Assembly (NCBI GenBank): GCA_002104905.1
Contig: MCFE01000437.1
Coordinates: forward strand, 11,217-75,216
From: Basidiobolus meristosporus CBS 931.73
Lineage: Eukaryota > Fungi > Basidiobolomycota
Length of the DNA stretch: 64,000 bases
Direction: 5' to 3'
Part shown: positions 39,201 to 53,720 of the stretch, in pieces
How positions within the stretch are numbered: position 1 is the first letter of the stretch
Layout of the letters: every line of letters starts with the position of its first letter
Program-made: the position numbers and the translations under genes
The notes under the pieces: model-generated
The model's database searches: none
What the model was told of the DNA's origin: nothing
The model's input: only the letters and a program-made list of their open reading frames with translations

Positions 39201-41095
39201 CCCCGTACCTTAGACTGATGAGCTTTTGGACCAACTCAATGGAGCTACCATATTGAGCATGATTGACTGTATGTCAGGATACAATCATATTAGGGTAAAG
39301 CTGGAAGACATCCCTGAGACAGCATTTAGTACCAGATATAGATATTGCAAGTACTGAGTCATGAGTTTTGGCCACACCAATGCCTCTGCAACATTCATGA
39401 CCTTAATTCAAACAGTCCTCCAGGAATACTTAGACAAGTTTGTGACAATCTACCTAGATGACATATCAATCAACAGCAAGACAGAAGAGGAGCACTTGGT
39501 GCACATTGAAAAGGTCTCAAAGAAGCTAAGAGAGAACAAGCTGTACAGCAAGCTAGTAAAGAGTGAATTCTTAAAGCAGCATGTTAAATACCTGGGGCAC
39601 CTAGTGACTAGTATAGGAGTGACCTTAGACCCCAAGAAGGTTGAAGTCATCAAGAATCTGAAGCAGCCCCACAGCATATTGGAAATCAGATCATCCCTTG
39701 GAATGGTTTTCTATTATTGGAGACTTGTCAAGTCCTTTGCACGTATTGCAGCTCTTTAACTGATATCCTCAAGAATGACAATATCTACAAGTTAGACATA
39801 GCTTATGAGACTGCCTTCCAGACACTCAAGAATGAACTTGCTCAGCTGCCAAGCTTAAGAATACCTGACTTCAGAATGAGTTTATTCTGTGAAGACTGAT
39901 CATGCCCAACTCAAGTATATATTTACTCATAAGGTAGTATCAAGAAAAATGACATGATGCAGTGAATACATTCAGCAATTTGACTTGGAGATTGTCTACT
40001 GCCCTGGGAGAAACAACATGGCTGCTGATGCCTTATTAGAACTAGAACAAGTTGCACAACTGAAAACCTGCCCTAATTGCCTTTGCAACCAAGGCTAACA
40101 GCAGAGAATTGCTGAGCTCTTTCCCTTCAAGCCTGTGAGACCATTTGAGGGATGGGTAATTGACTTTGTTGGAAGACTGTCAACCACCAGGAAATTCAAC
40201 CATTGGACTCTAGTAGCAATTGACCATGTCACTATATGGCCAGTGGCCAAAATGGTACCTGTAGCCAGTGAACAAGAAGCTGCAAGTTTCATATACCATG
40301 AGATCATCATGAAGTGTGGATGCCCTGTAGAGATTTTATCTAATAAAGTTGCAACTTTGTGGCAAAGATTTTGGAAGCTTACTTGGAAATGCAACAGATC
40401 AGACACTTGAATACCACAGCATATTACCTTAGAAGCAATGGAGTGACTTAGTAGTTTAATGGATTATTTTGAAAAATGCTGACTAAGCATGAAAATGGAG
40501 TTGTCAGTAAGTGGGATGAGTATATAGACCAAGCACTCTTTGCCTGCAGAGTAAGAGTGCAGAGTACCACTCAACAATTGCCATTTTACTTTGTGTATGG
40601 ATGTGAGCCAAGGATTCCAGGAGATCTCACACAACAAAGCTTACAATTGCCCTAGAAGATGAGATCAGTCAGCCAAGTAGACACCAACAGCTGGAACAAA
40701 GATGTCAAGAGGCACAGGCAAAAGTATTGCAGAATGCAGCAAAGATGAAGCTGATATTTGATAGGACTTTATCACCAGAGGCATTGATAGTTGGGAACTT
40801 TGTATTACAGTGAAAAAACACATGGAAGAAGTTTGAGCCACAATGATTAGGACCCTTCAAGATCATAAGATTAATGTCCATTTGTAACTTACCAACTTGT
40901 GGACAAGCAAGGCAATATTTTGGAAGACTTAGTTTATAATGACCAACTCAAGCTTGCAAGACTTGCTGACAATACTGAACCATCAGGATACTAGTATCAG
41001 AAGAAAAGAAAATCAGGGGAACACTTGTAACTTTAGTAGGGGAGAATGTTATGATCTGCTGTTTAAATGTTTGAGTAAGATCAGTTTTTAGTCAA
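36297..41095 (+). mobile_element. Ty3/Gypsy element (5' LTR 36297-36642, gag, CCHC, PR, RT, partial RH, IN, PPT, truncated 3' LTR from 41047)
   Basis: PBS TGGTAGCAGC 36646; PCFHCHQQGHIAKYCP ~37450; MIDSGA; MSFGHTNASATF...IYLDDI; RPFEGWVIDFVG; PPT agggggagaa. Many stops. Confidence 0.88.
38416..39149. mobile_element. 734-bp fold-back MITE, inserted in Gypsy RT
   Basis: AGACTTGTTCC...GGAACAAGTCT; AAT TSD (38413-15 / 39150-52). Confidence 0.9.
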
Positions 41096-44000
41096 ATGCT
41101 GTCTATTGTGTCCTGGAAAGCCAGTTATCCTGCTGATGGCTGGGATATCTCCAATGCAGATAATATTATGTGCTTGGATACAACAGCCATTTACTTTTAT
41201 CCCACTGCAGTGCATACATACCTCATCCAGCAATGGATACAGGTAGAGTACTTGCTTAATGAGAATGCATCAAATGCCAAGGCAATGGCATGGTCATATA
41301 TACCCTCAAAGTAGTCCTTGCTGCTTAGCCATTGGTGATGTTTGTCATCAAATATATCAGATATATTTGTGCTTGATTGATACTGAATGCAGTACTTTAT
41401 AGCTTCACAATATTTGTTGGATGGCATTGGCTTCTTTAGACAGGGTATCACAGGAATATATCTGGAGTGTGAGCAATGTCTTCCCCAATAGTAGCAAATT
41501 CCTGACCAGTTGGACACCTAGCAATAGTGGCCTTTTTTAATGTGAATTCCATTCAGCTGCTAACATATCCTGATATTAGGATAGTCACTGGGTCATTTGT
41601 TGCCAGCCACATGACAGTTGTTCATTTATACCATTTACATGGTAAGTTGCATCATGGGATGATTTTGGCAAGAGGTGGTATTAAATCTTCACAGCTCCCA
41701 TTACTAATATTAATGGAAATGCACTACTTCTCTAGCCACAACATCACATCATTCACTGGTAGATGGATTACTGGGCTTACTTGACTCTGTAAAGTATCCT
41801 TGGCATTTTTTTTGACAGGTGTAGTCTCATTGCATAATGGGATCTTAATAGGCTCATGTAGGGTACTGTTGTTTGGGAAGATTGAAGAACGGTTGGCCAA
41901 CAGCTTCTTTGCCATTCAGTGCAACAAATAGGGCTCCATCCAAAAAGGCCCTGTGGACAATGTGCCCACTAAAGGTAATAATGCGGACTCCTGAGACTCT
42001 CAGTCAAGTAGGCAATTGGGAATCTCTGCAGAGACTCAGGCTGACCATAGTGTTTGAAAAATCTTAGACTTGGATTTCATCTGATTTTTAGCTGGTATTA
42101 TGCCAGTATTCTAATGATTTCTTACTGGTATTCAGCTGGTGTTTTAGGTCACAGATTACAAATGCAACTTTGGATAGAAGTAATGGGCAGCTAATTACTA
42201 AATTCAGTATGGATGCTAGTTTGTCTAGTCTTCTCCCGGAGAGCCTGTTGGCTTGCCTGCCCATCAGCAACAAACAGGGATACTTGAGTTGTCAATTTTC
42301 AGAAACTTGAAATTCTGTTGGCACTATAATGGTATTTTGCAGGCCTTTTTGCAGTTTTTTTTTCTCAGAGATAATGCTAAGGCAGATGTGAATACAGCAA
42401 AAGGAGTACCTTCAGTTGACGACCAACAAGTGGCCAATCTAACATTGCCTGCACCAATATTAGTAAGTATGCTGTGAGCTTATGCCAAAGCATTACTGAG
42501 CCAAGAAGATGTAGTGGCTGAAAGGATAGATGCAATGGCCTAGATTAATCAGAAAATAGCCCAGAAACAAGGTGCATGGCTAGATGCTCTAAAGTAATCA
42601 ATGTCCCAGGTAGAGAAAGCAATATGTTTGCTGCAAAGAAGGAATTCAATTAGCTCAATGCCACAGCCAAGAATTGAGCCATATCTCAATGTAACAGCGG
42701 AGGAATACCATACTGTCTTTGAAGCACAACAACAGTGCCCAAAGATAAAACCCACAGAAAAACCTATCACAGCATGGGAGGGCAAGAATGTAGTGCTTAT
42801 ACTAAAGCACAAGAAGTTAAAGAAATTGAAGATATGCAAAGCTGCTGAGTTCAATGATGAAGAGTGGGCTAACATTCAAGAGGCAGTAAGTAGTCTAGCA
42901 CTCCAATACCTTAAGGCTGGCACACCATAGGATCATCAGGAGCTCAAGGCCAAGCAGAACATGCTTGACTTGCTCTATGTGCATTATCCTGGACTCAAAC
43001 AAGCAAACATATTTGAGGCCACCATTAGTATGCTAAGAAAGTATACTAATAATAGCAGAAGCTATTAAAGGCAGAAGGACAAGGGTACAATGGCTAAAAA
43101 CCAGTGGATTCCTTGAGAGCTGTTACAAGCATGGCCAAAAGCTCCAAACAAGCATCAAAGAAACATCAGGTAGCTGAAAGAGTGTCAATAAGGGAAATGC
43201 AGGCGGACACAGATGCACCAGCTCAACATTTTTGCAGGAAAAAGCTTGGTTCAATTGAAGAAGCACTTGATCATAATAGCAGTGAAGGACCTGGTGGTGA
43301 TATAAACAAGCAGCTACCATGGGAGCCCTTCACAGCATAGGCCAAAAGCTTGAAACAAGCAGAAATGAAGCATCAGGTTGCCAGCAAAGTGCCAGCAAGA
43401 GACAAGTAGGCCAATACACATGCATCTGAGCATCATTTATCATGGAGAGAACATATTTCAATACAAGAAAAACTCAGACAAAGTAGTCGTGAAAGAGCTG
43501 GCATTGATAAAGGGAAAGGGAAAAAAATCTACTTAGTCCAGAGACAGCAAAGCATGAAAAAAGCTGCAGTTTTTGTCAACCTTTGGTGTAGGTCAGGTAC
43601 AGACTGAATCACATGATAGTTAAGCAGAATTACCAACAAGAAACAACTGTTTTCAGAACAGTTGGAGGTGCAGGTAGGTGTGCCACACTCCAGTAAGGTA
43701 GATGGGCTTGTACAGAAAGATAGTTTGTCTACCACAGTCTCCATGTCCAGCATTGTTAACAGCATGGAGATCACACTGACAGACATGGCTACAATGTCAA
43801 GAATTCAAAAGACCATCACAATGCCTTCAGTGGAATTATATTCCAGCCAATGGCTTGTAGCTGGCAAACTTTGCAGCCAATTGCATACTGACTTCTGTAT
43901 GTTGTCTCTGTGGGAAGATGTTTTTATCAGTGTTGGTGTTTGGATATCAATAATGTATGTAAGTTATGGTTCAATCCCCTGAATCTCACACATTTAACAG

Positions 44001-44790
44001 CAAATCTATCTATTATGCCCAGTAAAGCCAGCTGTCTTGTTGATGGCTGGGGTATCTCTAATGGAGATATCAATATGTGCATTGATATGATGGTCACTCA
44101 GTGGTATCCTGCTGAAAAGCATACAAACTCATCCACACTTGATATAGGAAGTTGTCCAGGTTTGATGATAATTGAGGCCTAAACACCAATAAGACTACTA
44201 TAAAATTTTTGCTCTGATATTGTAAGATAGGAGGCAGCTTAAGGTTGATGGGAATCAGTGTCAAGCAGGATTTGCTGGCAGAGTACTTGTTTAATGAGAA
44301 TACATCAAGTGCCAAGTCAAAAGCATCATCATACATACCTTCAAAGTAGCCCTTGCATCTTAGTTGTTGGTGATGTTTGCCATCAAATTATCAGAAATGT
44401 TTGTGCTTGATTGATACTGCATGCGGCACTTTTTAACTTCACAATATTTGTTGGACCTAATGAGTGTCTTTGGATGGTGTATTACTGAGCATATATGAGT
44501 AAGAACAATGCTTTCCTCCTATTGTGGTGGATTCCTCACCAGTTTTGACACCTGAAAATGGTTGCTTTTTCTGATGTGAATGCCATGCAACTGTTGGTAC
44601 ATGCTGGTATCAGTACAGTTTCTGGATCATATGATGTCAGCTGCTTGACAGTTGTCCATATTTATCCTGTCCATGAGAAGATGCATATCAGAATGAACTT
44701 GGCAAGGAGTAGTAGTAAATCCTGAAAGCCCTTGTTACTGATAGTTGTGGAAACATGACATTTTTCTACCTATAACTTCACATTATTGAC
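41095..44790 (-). mobile_element. Rearranged minus-orientation CACTA fragments (two transposase pieces, partner 42370-43860 on +)
   Basis: 41100-41950 and 43860-44790 are reverse complements of 51250-52330 segments; ORF 42601-42930 KPITAWEGKNVVLILK...EWANIQEAVSSL. Confidence 0.75.
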
Positions 44791-44794
44791 CAGC

Positions 44795-45590
44795 AGATGT
44801 ATACCAGAGCAAAGAAGCTGATCAGGTCCCAGGATTTGCCATTTGAGGAATATTCAAAATTTTACCAAAAACAGCATCAGATGATGACAGAAACTCAGTA
44901 TCAACTCCACCAATAGTCAGGATTGAACTGGTGCAAAACAATGAGAGCATTTTCACTCTAGTAGACCCACAACTGTAATTCAGCCTAAATCAGTACAGGG
45001 AATATCCCAGAAGTGATCTCTCCAGTATCAAATGCCAGGAGATTCAACTAGGCAAGAAATAGCCCCAATTACTATATCAATGAGGGTACAAACTATGCCT
45101 ATGCCTAATCAGCTCACATGGATGAGCTGCAGACTGTAAAAGAGGCCCTAAATAGCCCTCAGACAAAGTTTGGACATCTGCAATGTCTGAGGAATATCAG
45201 GTCCAGATTGAAAATCAAACTTGGGATTTGGTCATATTACCAATCAACCAAAAATCAACTGCATGCAGATGGGTCTTTCAGACAAAATATAAGGCTGATG
45301 GTTCAATAGAAAGATACAAAGCATGACTTGTGGCCAAAGGATACTGTCAAGCAAAAGGACTTGACTATACTGAGATCTTTGCACCAGTAGCCCAGTTTAA
45401 TTCCATCAGATTAATATTGGCTATTTTAGCCAAATATAAGTTTTTTATACATCAAGTGATGTAAAAGCTGTATTTTTGAATAGATAACTTGATGAAGACA
45501 TGTATATGGACCATCCTGATGGGTTTGTTAATCAAGATAACTCCCATCTATTCTTCAAGCTTAAATAACTCTATATGGTCTCAAACAATC
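44795..45590 (+). mobile_element. Copia-B fragment (IN-RT linker and RT start), cut by CACTA copy F
   Basis: Colinear with 56075-56877; ends at ggtctcaaacaatc where the CACTA TIR begins. Confidence 0.8.
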
Positions 45591-46558
45591 CCCTATAAAA
45601 ATAATTTGGTCCTGCAAGTGGATACAATCCAGATCAGCTGTCAGTACCTTGTTTGGAGACCATCATAATATCAGCAGCTTGGAATTATTGGCCCTCTTAA
45701 TGATCTTATGATGGGATCATGATGGCATTTGGCTACTTTACTGCCAAATAAAGCTATAAAACTTGAAAAGGTTTGATCAGTGCTGTGGCAATAATTGCAT
45801 GACATTGTTGCAGTCTTAATGCACTCTGCAGCAATTTTAAATGGATCTAACTGGCCAGTACATCCAATTGCCTTATATGACAAAAAACTTGACAGTGCTT
45901 TGGCAGCCTCATTGCAAGTCTCCAATAGTAGTATCCTGGCAGTATTGAGGCCTACAGCTAGTTCTGTATAATGTTTCCATACCAATTTACCAAATGGTAT
46001 TTCCTTTTTCTACCTGCCCTTGTGCAATACATGATTCCACTGTAGAATCACCCCTCTTTATTTTTATTATATTCACATACAGGTCAAATCAACAAACACT
46101 ATGGCCTCCTGCTTACTAACCTCTACCAATGCACACACCCAGCACAATTGACATACTTTTGTCACCTCAACTTTATGGCGTTTCAGTGTAATACTTGCAA
46201 AGTTGCCATATGTCTTGTATTGCTGGTAACCTATACATCTTGCAAACATATACTAGGTTGCTGCCACTTCTGCCATGAATGCCTCCTGAATATCTGCAAA
46301 GAACCTTTTGGTATTTAGCTAATATATTCCTTTGCCCTACTAGATTTTAGTCCTCCTTATACGTGTGCTCTGACTCTTGTTTGAATGAATTCTGTATTGA
46401 ATGGTGCAGTAGTTGGCTTGTGACCAAGAGAAACCCAGCATACTTTGGCTGAGCTTTTCTGTTCAAATTAGTTGCTTGTTGCACCCAACCCTACTTTGCA
46501 TTACTTGGCTGATTACCCACACATTGGGGCTGCTTGGCATCTTGATCCTGGAAGCATT

Positions 46559-47291
46559 AGACTTGTTCCGTTGGATAGTGCCACATTGAGCCATGAGTGC
46601 CAAATAGTGCCATTGCATGCCAGAGAGGCATAGTAGACCTAAACTGGGCCCCAGAGTGTGAAACATAGCTCTGCATCTTCATGCAAAGCAGCCCCTGTGT
46701 TTCACCCCTTGTGCTGGAGAAAATCCATTTTTTGACCTTTTTTTTAGGATCAATGTTGTGCATGATGTGAAGAGGACAGAAGGACTGAAGACATGCATCT
46801 GGTACTCAATACCCATGGCACTCTGGATCTAGCTCCTGTAGAGTATATCATGTCACAAAAATGAATGGCACTATCTTGGTCCACTGATACTATATGGCAC
46901 TATAAGTGCTTTGTATAGGTCTTACTTTAGGGCTAATATTTAAATATAGTGCCAGATAGTGCCAGTGGACCAAGATAGTGCCATTCATTTTTGTGACATG
47001 ATATATGCTACAGGAGCTAGATTCAGAGTGCCATGGGTATTGAGTACCAGAAGCATGTCTTCAGTCCTTCTGTCCACTTACACATCATGCACAACATTGA
47101 TCCAAAAAAAAAGGTCAAAAAATGGATTTTCTCCAACACAATGGGTGAAATACAGGGGCTGCTTTGCATGAAGATGAAGAGCTATGTTTCACACTTTGTG
47201 GCCAAGTTTAGGCTCACTTGGCCTCCCAGGCACACTATGGCATCATTTGGCCCTCATGGCTCAATGTGGCACTATCCAACAGAACAAATCT
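46559..47291. mobile_element. 733-bp fold-back MITE, inserted in CACTA transposase
   Basis: TIRs agacttgttcc / agaacaaatct; ATT TSD (46556-58 / 47292-94); loop inverted relative to the 14348 copy. Confidence 0.9.
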
Positions 47292-47935
47292 ATTGGTGTC
47301 TCCATGTGCACATCTATCCTCAGTATTTTCCAGTTCTTTCTGGCTGTCCTCCAAGTACCAACTATCACATCTATCACAGACTTGAAGGTAATATTCCTGA
47401 TGAGATTAGGATGCAGTAGAACCTGCAACTTGACTTGTCTTTCTATCCCCCACACATCTGCTCTATAGGAAACTCCAAAAAGGTGAAGCAAGGCCCAATA
47501 TTCTCCACGCACCAGGCAAGATGGAGTGGAGAATTGATACAGTAGTGGCAGAGATCTATGTGTTCAGCTTTATGTTTGTAGTGTAGCCACTCAAATCCCA
47601 TTGGGCCTAAAACCCTATGAAAAACTATTGTAATGATCCTGCCAAAAGGCTGTGACAAAGCTGAAGTCCCATGACTAAGAGGTACTGATCCTATCAGGGC
47701 ACTGTGCAGTGACCATTGAAAAATAATTGTACCCCAGATATTGCAAAAAAACATAGTCAAAGTTCTTCATCAAACAATATACAAGTGGCTTTTAATTGGT
47801 TCCCTGCCATTTCACTCACTTTCTGACCCTGGACACTTTATCAGCTCCTACATTTGTGTGCATTGATTGGCTATTGCTTCTTTTTCACACTCCTTACTTT
47901 TTATGCATACAAATTGCTCTATTTCCATTGAAACT

Positions 47936-50686
47936 TCAGTTGTACCTCAATTGCCAATTGTATTGACCTATACAGTCCCTATACCTTACACCAACATTAA
48001 GCCCAACCCCACACTTAATAAGTATTTCTGCTGTAATGCTCTGGTTCCACAACTTTGGTGGGAACCTAACAGCTTTATGCCACTGCTCATTCACTGGTTC
48101 CCATATGTCCTGGTCTTCAGCCGGCACTGCAAGGTCTAGCACCTCATCTGCCAGTCTTTGCAACAAATCCTTGCAATATTCAAGTGTGTTTTCTTGAGCA
48201 CTGCTCTTGAAGAAGTGTTGCATCCCCATGGTGAGCCTGTTAATGTTCCAAAATTCCACTGAAGGCATTGTAATATTGCTTCAAGTTCTTAACATTGTAG
48301 CCTTGCTTGTCAGTGGGAACTGTACTCTGTCAACAATGGAGGAGATGGAGGCTGTAGTAGGTAAATTGCCTTTCCCTGCAAACTCATCTGCCTTACTGGA
48401 GTGTAGCACAACTGGCTGCACTTTCAACTCTTGTGAAAACTGATGTTTTCTTGTTGGTAATTCTTCTTAGCTATGATGAGATTCAGTCTGTTCCAGGCTT
48501 GTGGCATTAATTGGCAAGAGCTACATTTTTTTTCATGCCTCCCTGTCTCAGCCATGGGTAGACATTTTTCCCTTTACTGTTTCCTTTATCACTGCCAGGT
48601 CTTCTACTCCTACATTGTCTGAGTACTTCTTGTAATGAACTATATTTTCTCCTTGAGAAATTCTGCACTGACACATCTGTTTTGGCCTGCTTGCCCCTTG
48701 CTGGCACTCACCTGGCAACCTGAAGTTTCTTTTTACTTGTTTCAAGCTCTCTGCTGTAGTTGTGATGGGCCCCTGTAAAAGCCACTAGTTTTTATCACTG
48801 CCAGGTCCTTCACTGCTACTTTGACTGAGTGCTTCTTTAGTGGTGCTATGCTTTTTCCTTGATAATTGCTGTGCTGGTGCATCCACGTCTGCCTGCTTGT
48901 CCCTGATTGGCACTTTTCCAGCTACCTGAAGTCACTCTGACACTTGTCTGGAGCTTTTGGCCCTGCTTGTAACAGGCTCTAGAGGATGCTGGTTTTTAGC
49001 CATGGTACCCTTGTTCTTCTGCCATTGATAGTTTCTGCTATTCTTAAGATACTTTCTTAGCATACCAATGCTGGCCCAAAATCTGTTTGTCCATTTGAAT
49101 CCAGGAAAATGCTCATGGAACAAGTCAAGTGCATTTGGCTTGGCTTTGAGTTCCTGATGGTCCCATGCTATGCCAGCCTTGTGGCAATAGTGTGCTAGAC
49201 TTCTGATGGCCTCTTGACAATTAGCCCACTCTTCATTATTGCACTCAATGGCTAGATGAATCTTCAATGTCTTTTGATTTTTAGGCTCTAGATTAAACAC
49301 CACATTGTCTCTCTCCCATGCTGCAATAGGTTTTTCTGTGGACTTATCATTGGGCACTGTTGTTGTGCTTCTAAGACTGTATAGTGTTCCTTTGATGTTA
49401 CATTGGGAAATGGCTCAATTCTTGGCTGTGATGTTGAGCTACTTGAGGTCCTTCTTTACATCAAAGATACTGCTTTGTCTACCCAGGATATTGATTACTC
49501 TATATATATTATCCCCTCATCCTGCTACTGGACTATTTCCTGGTTTCTCTTGGCCATCGCATCTATCCTATCAGCCACTGCACCTAATTGCTTCATTAAT
49601 ACATCAGTATGAGCTGACGGTATACTTGCTAATAAGGGTGGTGGTGATGTTATGACAGCTACTAGACTTGTTCCGTTGGATAGTGCCACATTGAGCCATG
49701 AGTGCCAAATAATGCCATAGTGTGCCAGAGAGGTAAAGTGAGCCTATACTTGACCACAGAGTGTGAAACATAGCGCTGCATCTTCATGTAAAGCAGCCCC
49801 TGTGTTTCACCCATTGCGCAGGAGAAAATCCATTTTTTTACCTTTTTTTGTGGATCAATGTAGCTCAGGATGTGTAAGAGCACAGGAGAACTGAAGATAT
49901 GCATCTGGTACTCAATACCCATGGCACTCTGAATCTAGCTCCTGTAGCTTGTATCATGTCACAAAAATGAATGGCACTATCTTGGTCCACTGGTACCATA
50001 TGGCACTATAAGTGCTTTGTATAGATCTTACTTTAGGGCTAATATTTAAATATAGTGCCAGATAGTACCAGTGGACCAAGATAGTGCCATTCATTTTAGT
50101 GACATGATACAAGCTACAGGAGCTAGATTCAGAGTGCCGTGGGTATTGAGTACCAGATGCATATCTTCAATCTGCTTGTGCTCTAACACATCCTGCACAA
50201 CATTGATCCAAAAAAAAAGGGCAAAAAATGGATTTTCCCCAGCACAATGGGTGAAGCACAGGGGCTGCTTTGCATGAAGATGCAGAGCTATGTTTCACAC
50301 TCTGTGGCCAAGTATAGGCTCACTTGGCCTCTCTGGCACACTATGGCATCATTTGGCACTCATGGCTCAATGTGGCACTATCCAATGGAACAAGTCTACT
50401 TACTGGTCTTCAAATGAAGGCACTGCATTTGCTACATTCTCATCTGCCTGAGCATAACAGTCAGCTTGCAGCTCTGCAGAGGTTCTTAATTGCCTATCTT
50501 ACTGAGCATCTGAGGAGTCTGCATTATTACCTTTAGTGGGCACACTGTTAAGATGCCCTTTTTTAGATGTAGCCCTGCTTGTTGCACTGAATTTAAAGCA
50601 AGCTGTTGTCCAACCATACTTCTGTTGCTGTCAGGAGTGGGGCTTGGTTGGGAACCAGACAACTTTGCTTTATTTTTTGGAGGCAT
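47936..50686 (-). pseudogene. CACTA partner gene of copy G (roughly 650-700 codons ancestrally), MITE-interrupted
   Basis: MPPKNKAK start; ORF 48932-49357 (KPIAAWE...HEHFPGFKWTNRFWASIGMLRKYLKNSRN); tandem ~207-bp repeats; continues into ORF 47936-48268. Confidence 0.7.
49664..50397. mobile_element. 734-bp fold-back MITE, inserted in CACTA partner gene
   Basis: Perfect AGACTTGTTCC / GGAACAAGTCT TIRs; ACT TSD (49661-63 / 50398-400). Confidence 0.92.
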
Positions 50687-50905
50687 TTATATGGAAGTGA
50701 GTCAAGCCAAAGGAGAAATGGTGCTACATATATGTGTGAATGTGGTGCCACAACTTTGTTTATAATGCTTACTATGGTGGGTCATCATTGAATCTTACAT
50801 TTTGTAGGTGCAATGTCTCAAATACAAGACTGTCTTAAATTCATATGAGCATTGACAAAAGGTTTATAATTGTGCTATATTTTTGAAGGTCATACTGTTT
50901 GACCC

Positions 50906-53720
50906 ATGGACAAGACTACCTTGATTCAATGCTGTAAGACAAGAGAAAACAGACCATGTAGCTGTTGTAGCAAGCCTCTCAGCCATTAAGCATGCAGACA
51001 GCATACAAAGTATTACAAGGATCACAGCCAATGTTTTGCCACATAAGTCATATTTGACCATTCATCAGTCACTAATGTACCAACATTATCTTGCTGGCCA
51101 GTTGATACTTTTATATTGGCACCTGACCATTCTTGCCACCTTGCGCAAACTGAGTCAGGTGAGTTTGTGACACCTTTAGGCTTACCTCAGCTGTCTTAAT
51201 ATGGCATGCAGAGTGATAGCTTTGACAAAGATGGCTCACTGATGGATTGCGCACCTATCTCTCTTAACAACAGAACTACATATGAGCCCAGTCAAGTTAC
51301 AATATGCAATGAGACAACACCTGTTGAAACAAATGCCAATGATACTTTATGGAGCCATGTGAGCCCAGTAATCCATCTACTGGTGAATGATGTAATGTTC
51401 TGGCCAGAGAAGTAGCACATTTCCACTAATATCAGTTACTAGGGCTTTGAGTATATATTACTACTTGTTGCCAAAATCATTCTGGGATGCAACTTACCAT
51501 GTACATGTTACATGTGGACAACTGTGATGCAGCTGACAGCATATGCTCCCAATACTGTCCTGATTCCCGCATGTGTTAACAGTTGTATGGCATTCACATC
51601 CAAAAATGCCACTATTACATCATGTTCAAATTGTCAGGAATCCACCACCATTGAGGGAAAGCATTGTTCACACTTCAGATATATTCCAATAATACCACAT
51701 CTAAAGAAGCTAAAGCAGTCCAAGATATATTACAAAGCTATACAGTACCACACTCAGTATCAATCAAGTGCAAACATATCCAATATATTTGATGGCAATC
51801 ATCACAAACAGCTAAGAAGCAAGGTCTACTTTGAAGGTATATTTGACCATGCCTTTGCCTTAGGACTTGATGGATACTCATTAAACAAGTACTCTACTAG
51901 TAAATCCTGCTGGCCACTGATTCTCATCAATCTGAATCTGCCACCCATCTAGCAGTATCAGAGCAATAATCTGATAGTAGTCTTACTGGTATCTGGGCCT
52001 TAATCACCATCCAACCTGGATATCTACCAGTATCCATTGCTGGATAAGTTTTGTATGCTTTCTAGCAGGATAAAAGTAGATGACTGTCATGCAAAAGCTC
52101 ATATTAACATCTGCATTGCAGAAACCCCAGCCATCAGCAAGATAGCAGGTTTTTCTGGGCACAATGGACAGTATTACTGTCAAATGTGTGAGATCCAGGG
52201 GATTCACTCCATAACTCAAACACATTATTATTACCCAAACACCAACACTAAGAACATCATCTTTTCTCAGAGAGAATGTACAGAAATCAGCATGCAGCTG
52301 CACCAAAGTTGTCAAGCTACAAGCCATTGGCTGAAATATGGGATCAATTGGAAACCAGAGATACTTAAGACAGAGGGTATCTGTTGGAGCAAAAGCTTTC
52401 CACTGGGAGCAATGCATTTGCTTTTCAACAATACTCCTATACTGATGACCAAGTTGTACATAGGGCAGTTCAAGCTAAATGAGCCCCTCAAGATACCGGA
52501 GAAATTTGAAAGAATTGGCAAGATATTATAGAATAATCACTACCCTAGGCACATCTCACAGGCGCCAATCAATATTCATACACATATGCAACAATACTAA
52601 TGCAAAGACTGGATGAACTGGATATGTATTTAATTAAGTGGCATTCTAAAGCCATTCCTACCAAGAGTACATTGGAAGCATTGGGAGTCATAAGCGGACA
52701 TTGCAGGAATATTTATCCATAAGTGGATCACCAATGCCAACTTGACACATCTACAGCTGTTATGCAAGGAGTTTGTAATGGGAATTGAGCAACTATACTA
52801 CCAACATAAAGCTGAATGCATTGATCTCTGCTGTATTTATCCAGAAGTGGATCACCAATGCCAACTTGACACATCTACAGTTGTTGTGCAAGGTGTTTGT
52901 GACAGGATTTGAGCAGCTATACTACAAACATAAAGCTGACTGTGTAGATCTCTGCCACTATTGTATCCATTCTCTACTCCATCATGCACATTGTGTGGAG
53001 AATATTGGGCCTTGCCTCACCTTTTGGGAGTTTCCTATGCAGCAGATGTGTGGGGAGATATGAAGACATGTCAAGTCTGGTGTACTACAATATCCCAATC
53101 TCATCAAGAATATTACCTTCAAGTCCATCATGGATGTGACAAGTTGGCACCTGGAGGACAGCCAGGAAGATTTGGAAAATACTGAGGACAGATGTGCACA
53201 TGGAGACATCTATGCCTATGGCATTAAGAAGTCAAGCAGCCCTAATGTGTGGGTAATCTGCTAAGTAATGCAAAGTTGGGTTGGGTGCAACAAGCAGCTA
53301 ATTTTTATTAGGAGAACTCTACCAAGGTATGGTGGATTTCTCTTGGTCACAAGCCAGCTTCTACACTATTCAATGCAGAATTCACGCAAACAAGAGCCAG
53401 AGCACACCTATAAGGGGGACTAGAATCCAGCCAGGAGAAGGAATATATTGGCTAAATACCCAAAAGCTCTTTGTGGATATCCAGGAGGTATTCAGGGCAG
53501 AAGTGGTGACCAGCAAGCATATGTTTGCAAGATGTTTATGCTACCAACAGTACAAGGTATATGGCAACTTTGCAAGTATCTGACTAAAAAGCCATAAAGT
53601 TGAGGTGATAGAAGTATGTCAATTGCAGCAGGTGTGCATGTTTGAAGAGATTAGTAAGCAGGAGGCCATAGTTTTTTTTATTTAACTATATGTGGAATAC
53701 TCAAGGTAGTGGTGGGTAAG
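50906..53720 (+). pseudogene. CACTA Tnp2-family transposase of copy G
   Basis: MDKTTLIQC..RPCSCCSKPLSH; CVNSCMAF...CSNC; YIPIIPHL; NIFDG; LGLDGY; CWPLILINLNLPP; FSGHNGQYYCQMC; SFPLGAMHL; HSLLH...IGP...WEFPM..MCG. Confidence 0.88.

Noticed and set aside
40700-41040. Chromodomain at the Gypsy integrase C-terminus
   Set aside because: No recognisable chromodomain motif between integrase and PPT; too degenerate to call.
46463-47468. Recurrent small ORFs such as MHNIDPKKKVKKWIFS... and MFHTLWPS... (also at 14928, 38221-39151, 49662-50536)
   Set aside because: They recur only because they lie in the palindromic MITE arms; stops and frames differ among copies and there is no protein motif.
50864-51061. 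Conserved minus-strand ORF MVKYDLCGKTLA.IL (also 1081-1317)
   Set aside because: Antisense shadow of the transposase N-terminus (RPC.CCSKPLSH) on the + strand.
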